Below are positions 1-12,475 of a stretch of 64,000 nucleotides of DNA, in pieces. Under the pieces are notes generated by a model that was not told where the DNA came from, made no database searches, and saw only the letters and a program-made list of their open reading frames with translations. A program made the translations under genes and the position numbers. Position 1 is the stretch's first letter; each line of letters begins with the position of its first letter. Source of the DNA: a phage; the NCBI GenBank assembly GCA_027262695.1, contig GCA_027262695.1_4722.1. The stretch is one strand, 5' to 3'.

Positions 1-500
1 ACGTCGTATTGTCTTAACGCTTCTGACACGGTACGATGCGGAACCACACGCGACTGCTTAAAGCTGGCTAACCGCCACGTCTCGAACAGACAACGCAGTT
101 TAAACACATCCGTCGGAACAGCGTTGGCCCCCTCTTCGATAACCTTAACACGATCAGCCTCAGGATATCCGACGGCAACAGCTCCAAAGTGACGCACGCC
201 ATCATGGAAAGCATCGACGGACGTTTCCGCATACTTACACACGGTACCCGAAACCACCATGACCTTCGCTAACCCACGGTAATTGATGGTTAACGGAATA
301 CGGAATACACGGAACGCATGTTCTGGTGTTAATGCGGTATCATTGACCTTTGTTGCAGTCAGTTTACCGCGTTCATAACGCGCCTCGAACGTAAGCCCAT
401 CGTAAACAGGATTGATAACAACGCCCCCAGGGGAGGCGTTAGCGTTGAGATGGGTGTTAAGCCAATCCGATACTTCCTGTTTGGTGGTCACGATTAACAT
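1..500 (-). CDS. hypothetical protein, 5' part (gene runs off the window start)
   Basis: Open minus-strand frame from ATG at 500..498 (GGAGG 8 nt upstream) to position 1 with no stop; absent from ORF track because truncated by window edge. Confidence 0.5.
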   Translation of the reverse strand, partial: MLIVTTKQEVSDWLNTHLNANASPGGVVINPVYDGLTFEARYERGKLTATKVNDTALTPEHAFRVFRIPLTINYRGLAKVMVVSGTVCKYAETSVDAFHDGVRHFGAVAVGYPEADRVKVIEEGANAVPTDVFKLRCLFETWRLASFKQSRVVPHRTVSEALRQYD

Positions 501-525
501 AAAACGGTCCTCCATTTCTGTTCCT

Positions 526-1176
526 TTATTGTTGAACGGTTTCTTCCAAACCATCTTTCTGTTTTGTTAATTCTGATTGCTTGCGATACACCGTCCACGA
601 GTCGTATAACCCGGTAAACGTCAAATGACGGGCATTTAAGTTCACGGTGAATTCCGTCACGTTGACGAAATCCGAACGAAGCATCCGATGAAAGTTATCA
701 TCTCCGGTACAGCCTCCGTTTCCTTCGCCCTGATAAATCAGAAGCTGATGCGGTTGAATCCGCGTTGCAACCAATGTGGCTTGTGGTTCGTTGTAAGGCG
801 GCCACGACAATAAAATGACATCGTATTGCGAAAGGTCGACGTTCGTGTAGTCAGCCTGCTGAATGTCCTCAATAAACGGATGGGGATGTATTGTCGTATC
901 GTAAGCGGTAACGTCCTCAACACCAAGTTTACGCAGTACGTGAGTCAGGTAACCTGTCCCACAACCCAGGTCAGCAACACGCCGTCCGTAACAGATGTTC
1001 GCTAACTGAAGCGCGGTTTCCATGGTTAACAGCGACCATCCAACGTGTTGGGTGTATTCTTCACGTGTGTCCCATTGTTGTTGAAATGACATCGGTTCGA
1101 TGATACCGGCAAGCCGTGGATAGGGCAACGGCATCTTGTTTTCACCCTGAGTGAGTAACGCAATAACATCGTTCAT
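526..1176 (-). CDS. class I SAM-dependent methyltransferase
   Basis: SAM-binding motif I VADLGCGTGYLT, later WPPY (xPPY-like) motif; AAGGAAAAG RBS. Confidence 0.7.
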   Translation of the reverse strand: MNDVIALLTQGENKMPLPYPRLAGIIEPMSFQQQWDTREEYTQHVGWSLLTMETALQLANICYGRRVADLGCGTGYLTHVLRKLGVEDVTAYDTTIHPHPFIEDIQQADYTNVDLSQYDVILLSWPPYNEPQATLVATRIQPHQLLIYQGEGNGGCTGDDNFHRMLRSDFVNVTEFTVNLNARHLTFTGLYDSWTVYRKQSELTKQKDGLEETVQQ

Positions 1177-1193
1177 TTCTTTTCCTTCTTATC

Positions 1194-1220
1194 GGCATAA
1201 ACCCTCCCATACCGGGAGGG
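1194..1220 (-). terminator. GC hairpin (CCCTCCC/GGGAGGG) followed by TTTATGCCG box
   Basis: Minus strand CCCTCCCGGTATGGGAGGG TTTATGCCGATA. Confidence 0.55.
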
Positions 1221-1225
1221 TACAA

Positions 1226-1669
1226 TCATTCATTATCAATAACCCTGAGATTCGGTGCACCAAGTTCTCTTTTGGCTATCGCACTAAGTAACCGTTCTTC
1301 AACGAAACAGGTTTCTTTGCTGCCATCGATTGTACGCATATCACCTCGGAAATTGTTAAGAACCATGAACAGTTCGCAACCTTCGATCGGGATAGCGATA
1401 TCGTAATTAACCTGGGATGCTGTGAAGCGAATACCTACCACGATACCAGGAACGTAGATGACGGGTGCGGTCGGTATCTGGGCGGCTTCATTATCTGGAT
1501 CTGCCTCCATTATAAGCTCAACCCGGTCACCAATATGGAATTGCGAGTACCCGTTCACTTCGCGTAAATAAGCAGATTGCTGCATATTGACAAACTTCTC
1601 TTTGCTTGAGTCGCAAGGTAAATCCAGGACTTCTTCCAACGTTAAGAATTTGCGATCGAACCAACTCAT
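1226..1669 (-). CDS. hypothetical protein
   Basis: 147-aa ORF tightly packed between neighbours, same strand. Confidence 0.5.
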   Translation of the reverse strand: MSWFDRKFLTLEEVLDLPCDSSKEKFVNMQQSAYLREVNGYSQFHIGDRVELIMEADPDNEAAQIPTAPVIYVPGIVVGIRFTASQVNYDIAIPIEGCELFMVLNNFRGDMRTIDGSKETCFVEERLLSAIAKRELGAPNLRVIDNE

Positions 1670-1670
1670 C

Positions 1671-2210
1671 TTAAGCTCCTTTATGCTTTGTTTTGATTGA
1701 TGATGTTAACCAGGATGATCTTACCGTAAAGCCTTCGGATTCATAGAACGCTTGGGCTTCAGCGTTATCGGCACGAACATCCAAACCGATGGCGTGCCCA
1801 CCGCAATGGTACGCGACGTTACGGGCTTCGTTCATCAAGGCATGACCAATTCCGCGTCCGCGATACTCTTGCTTTACGATAATCGACGTCACGTCATGAA
1901 TACCCATATGGCTCTCGGTGTTCACTTCCAGGAGTCCTACCGGTATTGAGGCAATAGCATCGATCATGACAATCAACATCGCGCCAGCTGGGAGACGGTC
2001 TTCCAATTCCAGGGAAGCGTACTCGTCTTTTAAACTAGGGATACGTTCTGGTAGGAAGGTATCTATCCAGGCTTCCGATTCTGCATCATCGAGAATACGA
2101 TACAGTTCACGAATCCGCTGTTTATGTGGATAGAGGTGTGGGTCAGCCGCCGTTGAAGCGATAATGCAGTGGAACGGCCGTTCATTGATGACCAATGATT
2201 TAATACTCAC
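1671..2210 (-). CDS. GNAT-family N-acetyltransferase
   Basis: Acetyl-CoA binding motif QEYRGRGIGHALM and C-terminal AQAFYESEGF. Confidence 0.7.
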   Translation of the reverse strand: MSIKSLVINERPFHCIIASTAADPHLYPHKQRIRELYRILDDAESEAWIDTFLPERIPSLKDEYASLELEDRLPAGAMLIVMIDAIASIPVGLLEVNTESHMGIHDVTSIIVKQEYRGRGIGHALMNEARNVAYHCGGHAIGLDVRADNAEAQAFYESEGFTVRSSWLTSSIKTKHKGA

Positions 2211-2713
2211 GCTAAGTTTTCCTCGTTTTCTAAGAGTCGATTACGATGACGTTTATACATTTGATGTAACGCTGTGATCTGATAAAATTTCTTATAGCGT
2301 CTTTCAATCCGCTTCTGCACCTCTTTCCATGGGAGTTTATCGTATTGACGATAACGATGGATTTCATTTAACATGCGGAGTCGATCAGGGTCTGTGTTCT
2401 GTATCGTCCTGAGTTTGATACGCTGGTAACCGCGTTGTAACCCCGATTCAGAATACGTCACACCGAATTCATCTTGAATTAAGGTGATGATCTCCCGCCA
2501 ACGTCGTTTCTCACCGTCGCGCAAATGCACGACCCGCGATAAAATATCGTTACGATTACGATGACTCAGCTTGATATTAAGCATTGAAGCGATCGCGCTT
2601 ATCCCTCTCTGACTCCGTCCTAACGCTTCACCGATCTCCTTTGATGTCATGACGCCAGCGTTTCGGCGTATGAATGCGATTTCGGTTGTTGTGTATTCTT
2701 TACCTGCTGCCAT
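2207..2713 (-). CDS. HTH DNA-binding protein, paralog 1 of six-gene tandem array (most diverged)
   Basis: HTH-like TTTEIAFIRRNAGVMTSKEIGEALGRS; C-terminal W-x2-I-x5-EF-x-TY region shared with paralogs 2-6. Confidence 0.5.
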   Translation of the reverse strand: MAAGKEYTTTEIAFIRRNAGVMTSKEIGEALGRSQRGISAIASMLNIKLSHRNRNDILSRVVHLRDGEKRRWREIITLIQDEFGVTYSESGLQRGYQRIKLRTIQNTDPDRLRMLNEIHRYRQYDKLPWKEVQKRIERRYKKFYQITALHQMYKRHRNRLLENEENLA

Positions 2714-3177
2714 TTCTTACCACGTGTGTTATAATAGTAACGCTGACAAAGATGTGTGTGGTGATACTCCCGTTTGAACTCGATGCTGATAACGCGAGCA
2801 ACTTCTCTCCAGCTAACTCCTTCACGTCGAAGTACCGCAATACGACCTGAAATTTTGCACCATTCGCCCGGGTCATATCGCCGTAGCTTATGTCGTCGTA
2901 TTACAGAGGCGACACTCGCTTTCGACCGGCCAAGATGATTCGACATTTGTTTAACCGAGTATCTGTGGATATTGTTACGGATATAGGAAAGCTCATCGTC
3001 AGTATATGCCGCGTTGGTTCTCGGTGAAGGAAATAAAATATATAACTTATTCTTAATCGCGCTTTCTGTGCGTTGAAATACAGTAGCCAGATCACTAATC
3101 GGTGGTCTGGGTATTTGGTATGCGTAATTCTCGAGGCGGGAGAGTTCCTCATCTGTCCAGCGACGACACTTGCGCAT
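2647..3177 (-). CDS. double Myb/SANT-like HTH protein, paralog 2
   Basis: RWTDEELSRL and YTDDELSYI repeats; start moved to ATG 3177 with AAGGAG RBS (ORF track uses TTG at 3183). Confidence 0.55.
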   Translation of the reverse strand: MRKCRRWTDEELSRLENYAYQIPRPPISDLATVFQRTESAIKNKLYILFPSPRTNAAYTDDELSYIRNNIHRYSVKQMSNHLGRSKASVASVIRRHKLRRYDPGEWCKISGRIAVLRREGVSWREVARVISIEFKREYHHTHLCQRYYYNTRGKKWQQVKNTQQPKSHSYAETLAS

Positions 3178-3646
3178 GGGCAACTCCTTTATTTTTCATG
3201 TGGTAATACCAGCGCTGATATAACGCATGTTTGTTCGTTACAACACCAAATTTGACGACAACGTCGTACGTAATCTCATCCCAGCTTTTCGTGACCTTAA
3301 GTCGTTCGTTAATGAAATCGAGCACACGCTGTCGTTCTTGTCGGGTTGGTGAGCGACGTATTCCGTTAAGGCGGACGAACTGACGGACCGAATCATAGGA
3401 CCGATTCAAATCAACCGCGATCTCACGTAACGTCTTCTGTTTTATTACCGACTCGATGTACGTACGTTCTTTGTTGGTATAAGGTCGATAGTTTTGACGA
3501 CGTTGTAATCCTAAACGTCTCAAACGTGTGTCGATACTCGCCTTGGTTCGATTCATCTGTTGTGCGATTTCATCGATCGATAACGTCGTGTTAGTGTAAA
3601 GATGCGCAACCGCTTCGAGATCTTTATTGCGCCACGGTCGTACCAT
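3149..3646 (-). CDS. double Myb/SANT-like HTH protein, paralog 3
   Basis: Two HTH repeats (IDEIAQQMNRTKASIDTRLRRL; LREIAVDLNRSYDSVRQF); GAGG RBS. Confidence 0.55.
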   Translation of the reverse strand: MVRPWRNKDLEAVAHLYTNTTLSIDEIAQQMNRTKASIDTRLRRLGLQRRQNYRPYTNKERTYIESVIKQKTLREIAVDLNRSYDSVRQFVRLNGIRRSPTRQERQRVLDFINERLKVTKSWDEITYDVVVKFGVVTNKHALYQRWYYHMKNKGVAHAQVSSLDR

Positions 3647-4124
3647 CCTGGAGTCCTCTCTTCTTCTGATGATGCCACCATCGTTGATAGATAGCTTGTT
3701 TCGTACGCATTATACCAAAATGCGCATTAACCTGTTCGGCAATGCGATACCAATCATTCGTCTCTTTCAACAACGTGTCAACGAAGATCAGAAAGGCTTC
3801 GGTATCGTCATTGGTTAACCGTTTGAAACCGTAGCGGTGCGCGGTTACCCTAAGACTGTTTGGATCTCGGTTGAGGTCACGAGCAAGCTGTTTGTAGCTC
3901 TTACGTTTACAGTTCGCCTTGATATACTCCAATTCACGATGTGTAAAACGGTTGTGTGCTTTACGACGTTCGACGTTTAAATAGCGAAGCCGTGCTTCGA
4001 CTGCACCGAACGTCGTCTCCATGATTTCCGCAATTTCGCGAATCTTTAATCGCGGTTGCCGAAAATATAGTTCTAACAACTGATTATCGGACTTACGATT
4101 CCATCGTCGTATCGTTGGTTTCAC
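3624..4124 (-). CDS. double Myb/SANT-like HTH protein, paralog 4
   Basis: Two HTH repeats; GTG start preceded by AGGAGA; C-terminal W-x-RIAEQVNAHF motif. Confidence 0.5.
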   Translation of the reverse strand: MKPTIRRWNRKSDNQLLELYFRQPRLKIREIAEIMETTFGAVEARLRYLNVERRKAHNRFTHRELEYIKANCKRKSYKQLARDLNRDPNSLRVTAHRYGFKRLTNDDTEAFLIFVDTLLKETNDWYRIAEQVNAHFGIMRTKQAIYQRWWHHQKKRGLQDGTTVAQ

Positions 4125-4137
4125 AACGAGGTTTCTC

Positions 4138-4605
4138 CTATTCTCCGCGTCTTAGTACCTGAGTGTAGTAGAGGGCATAGACACCGCTTAACGTGTAATG
4201 GGTGTTAAATTCGTTATTGATGATATTCTGTATTTTCTCCCAGGTTCTCTTCTCTTTTCTAAGCGTGTGTATTCGGTGATAAATCATCTCTCGACGTTGC
4301 GCTTTACAGGCGACAATACCGTAACGGTAGCAGAGTTTAGCGATTGCTTCTGCGCTACGATTGAACATTACGGCAGCTTCTTTTACGCTATGTGTCTTGA
4401 GATAATCGGCTAACATCACGCGTTCATCAAAACAGCAGTAGCGATGACGTGACGCGAGTTTCCAGCGCTTGCGATTGCGGTTAATTCGACCTTGAACCGA
4501 ACCTTCCGTTCTGCCAAGCCGCTCTGCAATCTCTTGCATCGGTATACCGTTTCGATACAGGGTAATCAGCATCGCATCCTCTTCAGGTGTCCAGTCCTTG
4601 ACCAT
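4138..4605 (-). CDS. double Myb/SANT-like HTH protein, paralog 5
   Basis: WTPEEDAMLITLY...EIAERLGRTEGSVQGRINRNRKRW is a canonical Myb-repeat pattern; GAGG RBS. Confidence 0.6.
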   Translation of the reverse strand: MVKDWTPEEDAMLITLYRNGIPMQEIAERLGRTEGSVQGRINRNRKRWKLASRHRYCCFDERVMLADYLKTHSVKEAAVMFNRSAEAIAKLCYRYGIVACKAQRREMIYHRIHTLRKEKRTWEKIQNIINNEFNTHYTLSGVYALYYTQVLRRGE

Positions 4606-4615
4606 CGTATCTACC

Positions 4616-7414
<2,799 letters not shown>

Positions 7415-7461
7415 TAAAAGGTTTCCTCCATACGAAACCAAAAAGTTGTCAAAACGTACAT

Positions 7462-7504
7462 CGGCATAACGCCTGTGTCCACCCATGTTGGGAGGGACAC
7501 AGGC
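7462..7504 (-). terminator. GC hairpin followed by GTTATGCCG box
   Basis: Minus strand GCCTGTGTCC...GGACACAGGC GTTATGCCGATG. Confidence 0.5.
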
Positions 7505-7512
7505 GAATCACC

Positions 7513-8145
7513 TTACGATTTCACAACACATTCGACTTCGTCGTTCATGTACGCGTCGTATAAAGACAAGACTTCTTTCATTTTGATTTCAGGTAACGCA
7601 ACGGAACGTATCGCTTTCAAGATGTTCCGCGTTTGATGATGTTTTGCTGTGGCCTCACGTGCTTTACAGAACCGACGGATACAGGTATTAACTTTACCGC
7701 CTTCAGCACGTTCGAGAGCAACATGCAGCTTCAAATCAAGCAATACATCGGTAAGTTCCTGAGTAGCCGGATCGTTACGAATGAGTCGTACGGTATGTTC
7801 ATCAGGATTCAGCATCGTGAGGAACTGAAGTTTGATGTGCTCTGGTACCGGTTTCGTGTTCACCATGATGGCATCAAGCTGTTCTTTAACGTCCAACTCG
7901 TTGAACACATAACGTTCGACGTGTACAACATGTGCTTTTCCTGATTCACCGTAAATCGCCATCGCACGATAATCATCAAACAACACGACGTACATCAGAT
8001 CTTGTTCTGGTCCTAGGGTACCATCGATGAGTTTCGGGGCATGTTTCTTGAAGAAACCGTAACGAACAGCTTCATCCGGCTGGAGCGTCCACGCATTAAC
8101 AGGCTGTTTTACGAGTTCCATGTAACACCTCATCAAGATCATCAC
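7513..8145 (-). CDS. hypothetical protein
   Basis: 210-aa ORF, same strand, tight spacing. Confidence 0.5.
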   Translation of the reverse strand: MMILMRCYMELVKQPVNAWTLQPDEAVRYGFFKKHAPKLIDGTLGPEQDLMYVVLFDDYRAMAIYGESGKAHVVHVERYVFNELDVKEQLDAIMVNTKPVPEHIKLQFLTMLNPDEHTVRLIRNDPATQELTDVLLDLKLHVALERAEGGKVNTCIRRFCKAREATAKHHQTRNILKAIRSVALPEIKMKEVLSLYDAYMNDEVECVVKS

Positions 8146-8410
8146 TTACACCAGACGGCACAACCACACCAGTACGAATCACTGCTGCGATTTCCTGCAT
8201 CGCTTTGCCTTTCAACGCAAAGGTTTCGTATACAACAGCACGTCGGGTTGTTAAACCCACAAACTTACAGACGACCATGTTGTCTTCTGAAAGATAAGCG
8301 GTTTCCAATTCACCATGTAACAGTTCTTTTTCTCGAGTATCAATGCCCATTAAGGCAATTTGATAGGCAGATAGTTTCCAATAACGCATATTCATCCTAC
8401 TTGTAAACAA
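8096..8410 (-). CDS. hypothetical protein
   Basis: 104-aa ORF; start uncertain (overlaps downstream gene by 50 nt). Confidence 0.4.
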   Translation of the reverse strand: MFTSRMNMRYWKLSAYQIALMGIDTREKELLHGELETAYLSEDNMVVCKFVGLTTRRAVVYETFALKGKAMQEIAAVIRTGVVVPSGVSDDLDEVLHGTRKTAC

Positions 8411-9223
8411 TCAAATATTCCGAAACCGAGTTCCTCGTTTCTACTTTAGCCGAGATCATTCTCCTTACCGTAATCGGATGAAATTCTGATGCGGTACTAT
8501 AGATTTCTTCAACCAATGGGCACGTACTATTACTGATTACGGTAGGGATACCCTGCCTACGAAGTTTGTCGGCCGTTTCTGCAAGGTATCGGTGGTCATC
8601 CAACGTGAATCCTTCCTTGGTATAACCTGTAAAAGAGGCTGTGGTCGAAATAGGGATATACGGCGGGTCGCAATATACGACATCGCCCGATCTCACGTTT
8701 TCGAGGTGTCGTCTAAACCCACCACGTACAATTTCCACCCCCCCCCCCTCTCGACGGTGGTACGAAGATGGTTAGCAGCCGCCCGTAATTCGTATTTCGG
8801 ACAATAGATCGTCTTGTATCGTCCGTGTGCGACGTTAAATAATCCGTTTTGGTTATAGCGACACAAACCATTGAATCCGTAACGGTTCAGGTATATGAAA
8901 CACACCGCACGTTCCCAAGGATCGTTGCTTTGATTAAAACGGTCGCGCACCTCGTAATAACGTTTAACGTCTTCCGGCGCAATTTGGAATAAACGTTCAA
9001 CACCCTCAATGAATTGTTTCGGACATGTCACCAACGCTCTCCAAACATTAAGGATATCCTCGTTAGCATCCCCAATGGAATAACTAGGATATTTCAGTGA
9101 AAGCGTCACCGCACCAGAGCCGACGAACGGTTCAACCAAACGCTTTCCATCCGGCAACACATTCCTAATTTCAGGGATAAGTTTGGTTTTGTTACCCAAC
9201 CATTTAAGAAACGTTTTATTCAT
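8397..9223 (-). pseudogene. dam: Dam-family DNA N6-adenine methyltransferase, interrupted by frameshift in poly-G tract
   Basis: N-part has FLKWLGNK, LVEPFVGSGAV, FIYLNRYGFNGLCRYN; C-part has catalytic VVYCDPPY; the two frames meet at an 11-G run. Confidence 0.75.
8738..8748 (-). repeat. homopolymeric G11 tract (C11 on plus strand) inside dam
   Basis: 11 consecutive C on plus strand at 8738-8748; 12 G would restore a single dam reading frame. Confidence 0.9.
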
Positions 9224-9644
9224 CGAGAGACCCCTGCGACCCGATGAACTCGATGCTTATTTCCGTTCGAATCGGGTTGATAAGAATTTCACGTACACGC
9301 TCCAACCATTCGGGATTATCCGTCAGAACAACATCGGCGTATTTCAACGGTGTATGTTCGAACGTATCGGTTGTGCTTACCATCAATACACCGTTAAGTT
9401 CTACGTACAGCGGTATACGTCCACGAATACGTTGCCATGTGTCATGGGTCAGATCTTCGCATTCAAGCGCAATCGCGATGATGGGGCTGATGTTAAGTGG
9501 GAAGCTAGGATGCAACGTGCGGCGAAAGGTCACCCAGTTCTCAACATGAGAAACCGCAAGTTCTATCGAACAACATTTTGGTGGTATCTGAATATGAATT
9601 TGTTGGACAAGTTTATTGGGGTTTTGTACAGACTTATCGGCCAT
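9216..9644 (-). CDS. hypothetical protein
   Basis: 142-aa ORF. Confidence 0.4.
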   Translation of the reverse strand: MADKSVQNPNKLVQQIHIQIPPKCCSIELAVSHVENWVTFRRTLHPSFPLNISPIIAIALECEDLTHDTWQRIRGRIPLYVELNGVLMVSTTDTFEHTPLKYADVVLTDNPEWLERVREILINPIRTEISIEFIGSQGSLDE

Positions 9645-10613
9645 TTACTTTTTCCTGAAAATCAGCGTCGGTAATCCATTTCTTACAGCGTAGTATAACA
9701 CCAATAAGTTAATCTTACCGGCCGATACCGTCAGGGTCTTCTTACGACGCGGTAAACTGATCGGGATCTCGGTGGCGATTTCGCTGACGTTATGGAACGA
9801 TTGAGCATATCGACGCAGTGACGCTTCACCGAGGATCGGTAAGAAGAGATCTTCAGTAAAGGTACTATCGCAAATATACTGGATGTTAATAAGCGGGGGA
9901 TTAAACTCATCCAGGAAATCGAAGAGTTCATCAACGATTTTCAACAGGTTCGCGGGTAATGGAACTTCACGAACATATTTCTGATTCCCTTTCTCAAGTA
10001 GAATCATCGTCATGCAGTAATCCTGGATGATATCAACAACGTCTTGCTGGGTGGTTGCCGCATTTAACAACGTGCAGGCTTCCGACCAGGAGAGTTGTCG
10101 GCGTGTCTCGTAGTAAGACGGTTGTAATACCGCGTAGAACTCACGGAGTAAACGACCAACATCACCACGGGTACGTATCGCTAACTCAACAGCATAACCT
10201 GTCTTTTCAGCATCGCTCAGAATGTCGTTACGCCACAAAACGTAATCGTCAAGCATGCTGCGGTATTTCTCGGTCCAATCAGATGAAAGATAATAACCGA
10301 TTTCTTCAATAAGGACATTTACCTTACCGCCCAATGCCTCGCGACGAGGATCGACCGAAGGCTCGAATGTAAACGGTAATTTAGGTATGCCGAAACCATC
10401 AGCCACGATAACGTCGCTAAGGAAGGTCCCTAATGGCGACCAAGGACCCAGAAGATCCTGATACAGCATGGGGTGCATGCTATTAATCAAGGTGAATCGA
10501 TCATCAAAGAAACGAACGCTTGGGTGCTCGGCGAGCGCAAGTTCCGCGTAGACTTTCTCAAGCTGTATTTTTATTGCGTCCCGTGTTTTATCGATAGGGC
10601 CTATAGAAGCCAT
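9645..10613 (-). CDS. hypothetical protein
   Basis: 322-aa ORF, no recognised motif. Confidence 0.55.
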   Translation of the reverse strand: MASIGPIDKTRDAIKIQLEKVYAELALAEHPSVRFFDDRFTLINSMHPMLYQDLLGPWSPLGTFLSDVIVADGFGIPKLPFTFEPSVDPRREALGGKVNVLIEEIGYYLSSDWTEKYRSMLDDYVLWRNDILSDAEKTGYAVELAIRTRGDVGRLLREFYAVLQPSYYETRRQLSWSEACTLLNAATTQQDVVDIIQDYCMTMILLEKGNQKYVREVPLPANLLKIVDELFDFLDEFNPPLINIQYICDSTFTEDLFLPILGEASLRRYAQSFHNVSEIATEIPISLPRRKKTLTVSAGKINLLVLYYAVRNGLPTLIFRKK

Positions 10614-10627
10614 GTCGTATATCCTCG

Positions 10628-10894
10628 TTAAAATGTGCCCATGATAGACAGGGCAACGTGATCTTTACTCGCACGTGCTTGTAAGGACATATCCAGATTG
10701 CCTTTCTTAACACGCCAACGTGCGATCAGTTCTGGCTGCTCGACGGAATATAACCCTTCCCGGTGTTTATTCAACCATTTCGCGATCGGATGCAATTTAT
10801 CGGGATCGACGACACCCAATTCCAATCCGCCTGCCGTCAGTGGTTTAGAATAAAAGTCAAGCGCGTTCCGTAAAAAGTCATCCTCGATACTCAT
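10628..10894 (-). CDS. hypothetical protein
   Basis: 88-aa ORF. Confidence 0.45.
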   Translation of the reverse strand: MSIEDDFLRNALDFYSKPLTAGGLELGVVDPDKLHPIAKWLNKHREGLYSVEQPELIARWRVKKGNLDMSLQARASKDHVALSIMGTF

Positions 10895-11007
10895 CGCAGC
10901 ATACCTACCATGCCGATAACCGCAAACAGTACGCCAACAGCGCTATACGCCAGCAGGACTTTTGCAGCCCACGATTTTATTTCTACGTACTCTTCATTAT
11001 TTACCAT
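10891..11007 (-). CDS. putative 38-aa single-pass membrane peptide
   Basis: ATG 11007 after GGGGTG; hydrophobic AAKVLLAYSAVGVLFAVIGMVGM; stop TGA overlaps ATG of next gene (ATGA coupling). Confidence 0.3.
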   Translation of the reverse strand: MVNNEEYVEIKSWAAKVLLAYSAVGVLFAVIGMVGMLR

Positions 11008-11083
11008 ATTTCACCCCGTTAGGTTATTGTCTGATCTCATACCTTTACCGAAGCGCATCCCCGCCATTAAGACGGGGTGTTTA

Positions 11084-11458
11084 TTACCAGAGACGATTAC
11101 CTTCCTCGTCCCACCAAGCAATCGCTTGCGTCGACTCAAATGAGTGAGGACGTAATGCCATGCCTTTGCGGTCAACGACTAACCGTAATTCGGTACCGAA
11201 CCATTCAATCGAGATAAACAAACCCTTCCGAATGATGGCCTGGTAACCCGATAACCGTTCAAAGAGCCGTTGAAAGATCGTATCGTGTTCACACGACGTT
11301 AACGCTTCTGAATAACGCTGCAGGGATCTTGCATCAACAGGTAACCGTGTTTTACAGTTCCACCACAATACCGCGTACATCAATGCCGCATTACGCAAAC
11401 GTAACGATTGAACCGGTGTGAGTTGTCGTCCTTCAACATCATCAATAATAACATACAT
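11084..11458 (-). CDS. hypothetical protein
   Basis: 124-aa ORF. Confidence 0.45.
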   Translation of the reverse strand: MYVIIDDVEGRQLTPVQSLRLRNAALMYAVLWWNCKTRLPVDARSLQRYSEALTSCEHDTIFQRLFERLSGYQAIIRKGLFISIEWFGTELRLVVDRKGMALRPHSFESTQAIAWWDEEGNRLW

Positions 11459-11464
11459 TGCGTT

Positions 11465-11719
11465 TTATTCCGCGCTTGTTTCCTTAACATGGACACATTC
11501 CGCATCGATAGTCACACCGGTAGAACGATGGGTCTCGCTGGTAGAATCAAATCCGCTGTTGAACAACATGGCGAACGTGTTATTATCCATACGAGCAAAG
11601 GTCTCCGCAATACGATCGGGATGAAAATCGGTGCGGTTGATGGTCGATTTCACAAAAACTCCTATAAACAATTTAATTATTGGTATTAAGATTAAAGCAG
11701 GATCTGCGGACAGCAGCAT
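11465..11719 (-). CDS. hypothetical protein
   Basis: 84-aa ORF filling gap; start uncertain. Confidence 0.35.
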   Translation of the reverse strand: MLLSADPALILIPIIKLFIGVFVKSTINRTDFHPDRIAETFARMDNNTFAMLFNSGFDSTSETHRSTGVTIDAECVHVKETSAE

Positions 11720-12171
11720 GATTCGTAACCACCTTCATGGGGTAACGTATTGCTGGTGTCAGGCCAAACAAGTTGAATACCCGCAACCTTACCATAACGG
11801 ACAACAGCGGTTGTCGCATATTCTTGATTGAAAGCGTCGATATCTTCGATTTCACGTACATCCAAACGAAGGGTTTCACCGGTACCTTTCAGGGTCAGGT
11901 TACCATCAAAAGCACCTAACGGAACGGTCTTTGTTTTGACCATGAAATTACCCAGTTTGTTAATCGCATTACCTAACGCCGGACAATAACCAGATACGAA
12001 GATTTCCGGCATTCCATGTTCGGTTAAACCAACGGTATACATAAAGCCAGGCTCATCGCTTCCTTCATCAGGAGCGACGCCGATGATAGCCCAATGCTTT
12101 TTCTCGATATGTTCTTCAACGAAATCATTCAGTTTGGAGAAATTATTATTAAGTTTAACAACGTTACTCAT
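11692..12171 (-). CDS. hypothetical protein, DUF4262-like
   Basis: Motif FMYTVGLTEHGMPEIFVSG resembles the DUF4262 signature recalled from memory. Confidence 0.4.
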   Translation of the reverse strand: MSNVVKLNNNFSKLNDFVEEHIEKKHWAIIGVAPDEGSDEPGFMYTVGLTEHGMPEIFVSGYCPALGNAINKLGNFMVKTKTVPLGAFDGNLTLKGTGETLRLDVREIEDIDAFNQEYATTAVVRYGKVAGIQLVWPDTSNTLPHEGGYESCCCPQILL

Positions 12172-12457
12172 GTTCTTTTTCCTTTAATGCGTTTTCTAAC
12201 CAACGGACGTAGCTTTCACGATAGATGTGAATATGTCTTTTCCCGTCCCGGAAGTTAGGGTCAATGAGGTGGACAGCGGCGCATGTCGACGTCACCGCGT
12301 GCTGAAGATGTTTTCGTGTTAATCGCCCAAGTTTTACCCAGCGTTGAATATACCGTGCGTCTGCCGCTAAACAGGTACGTTCATCGATGAAAGGTACCAA
12401 TACCTGAACGATACTACCGTAATACACCATCGAACTGTTGAACATCTGCGTCTCCAT
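12164..12457 (-). CDS. hypothetical protein
   Basis: 97-aa ORF. Confidence 0.45.
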   Translation of the reverse strand: METQMFNSSMVYYGSIVQVLVPFIDERTCLAADARYIQRWVKLGRLTRKHLQHAVTSTCAAVHLIDPNFRDGKRHIHIYRESYVRWLENALKEKEHE

Positions 12458-12475
12458 GCAAATGGATGGGGCGGA

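Noticed and set aside
9183-9674. Plus-strand ORFs lying inside minus-strand genes (e.g. 9183..9674, 5926..6315, 38158..38640, 40900..41583, 58443..59342)
   Set aside because: They are antisense shadows of longer, motif-supported minus-strand genes, with no RBS evidence.
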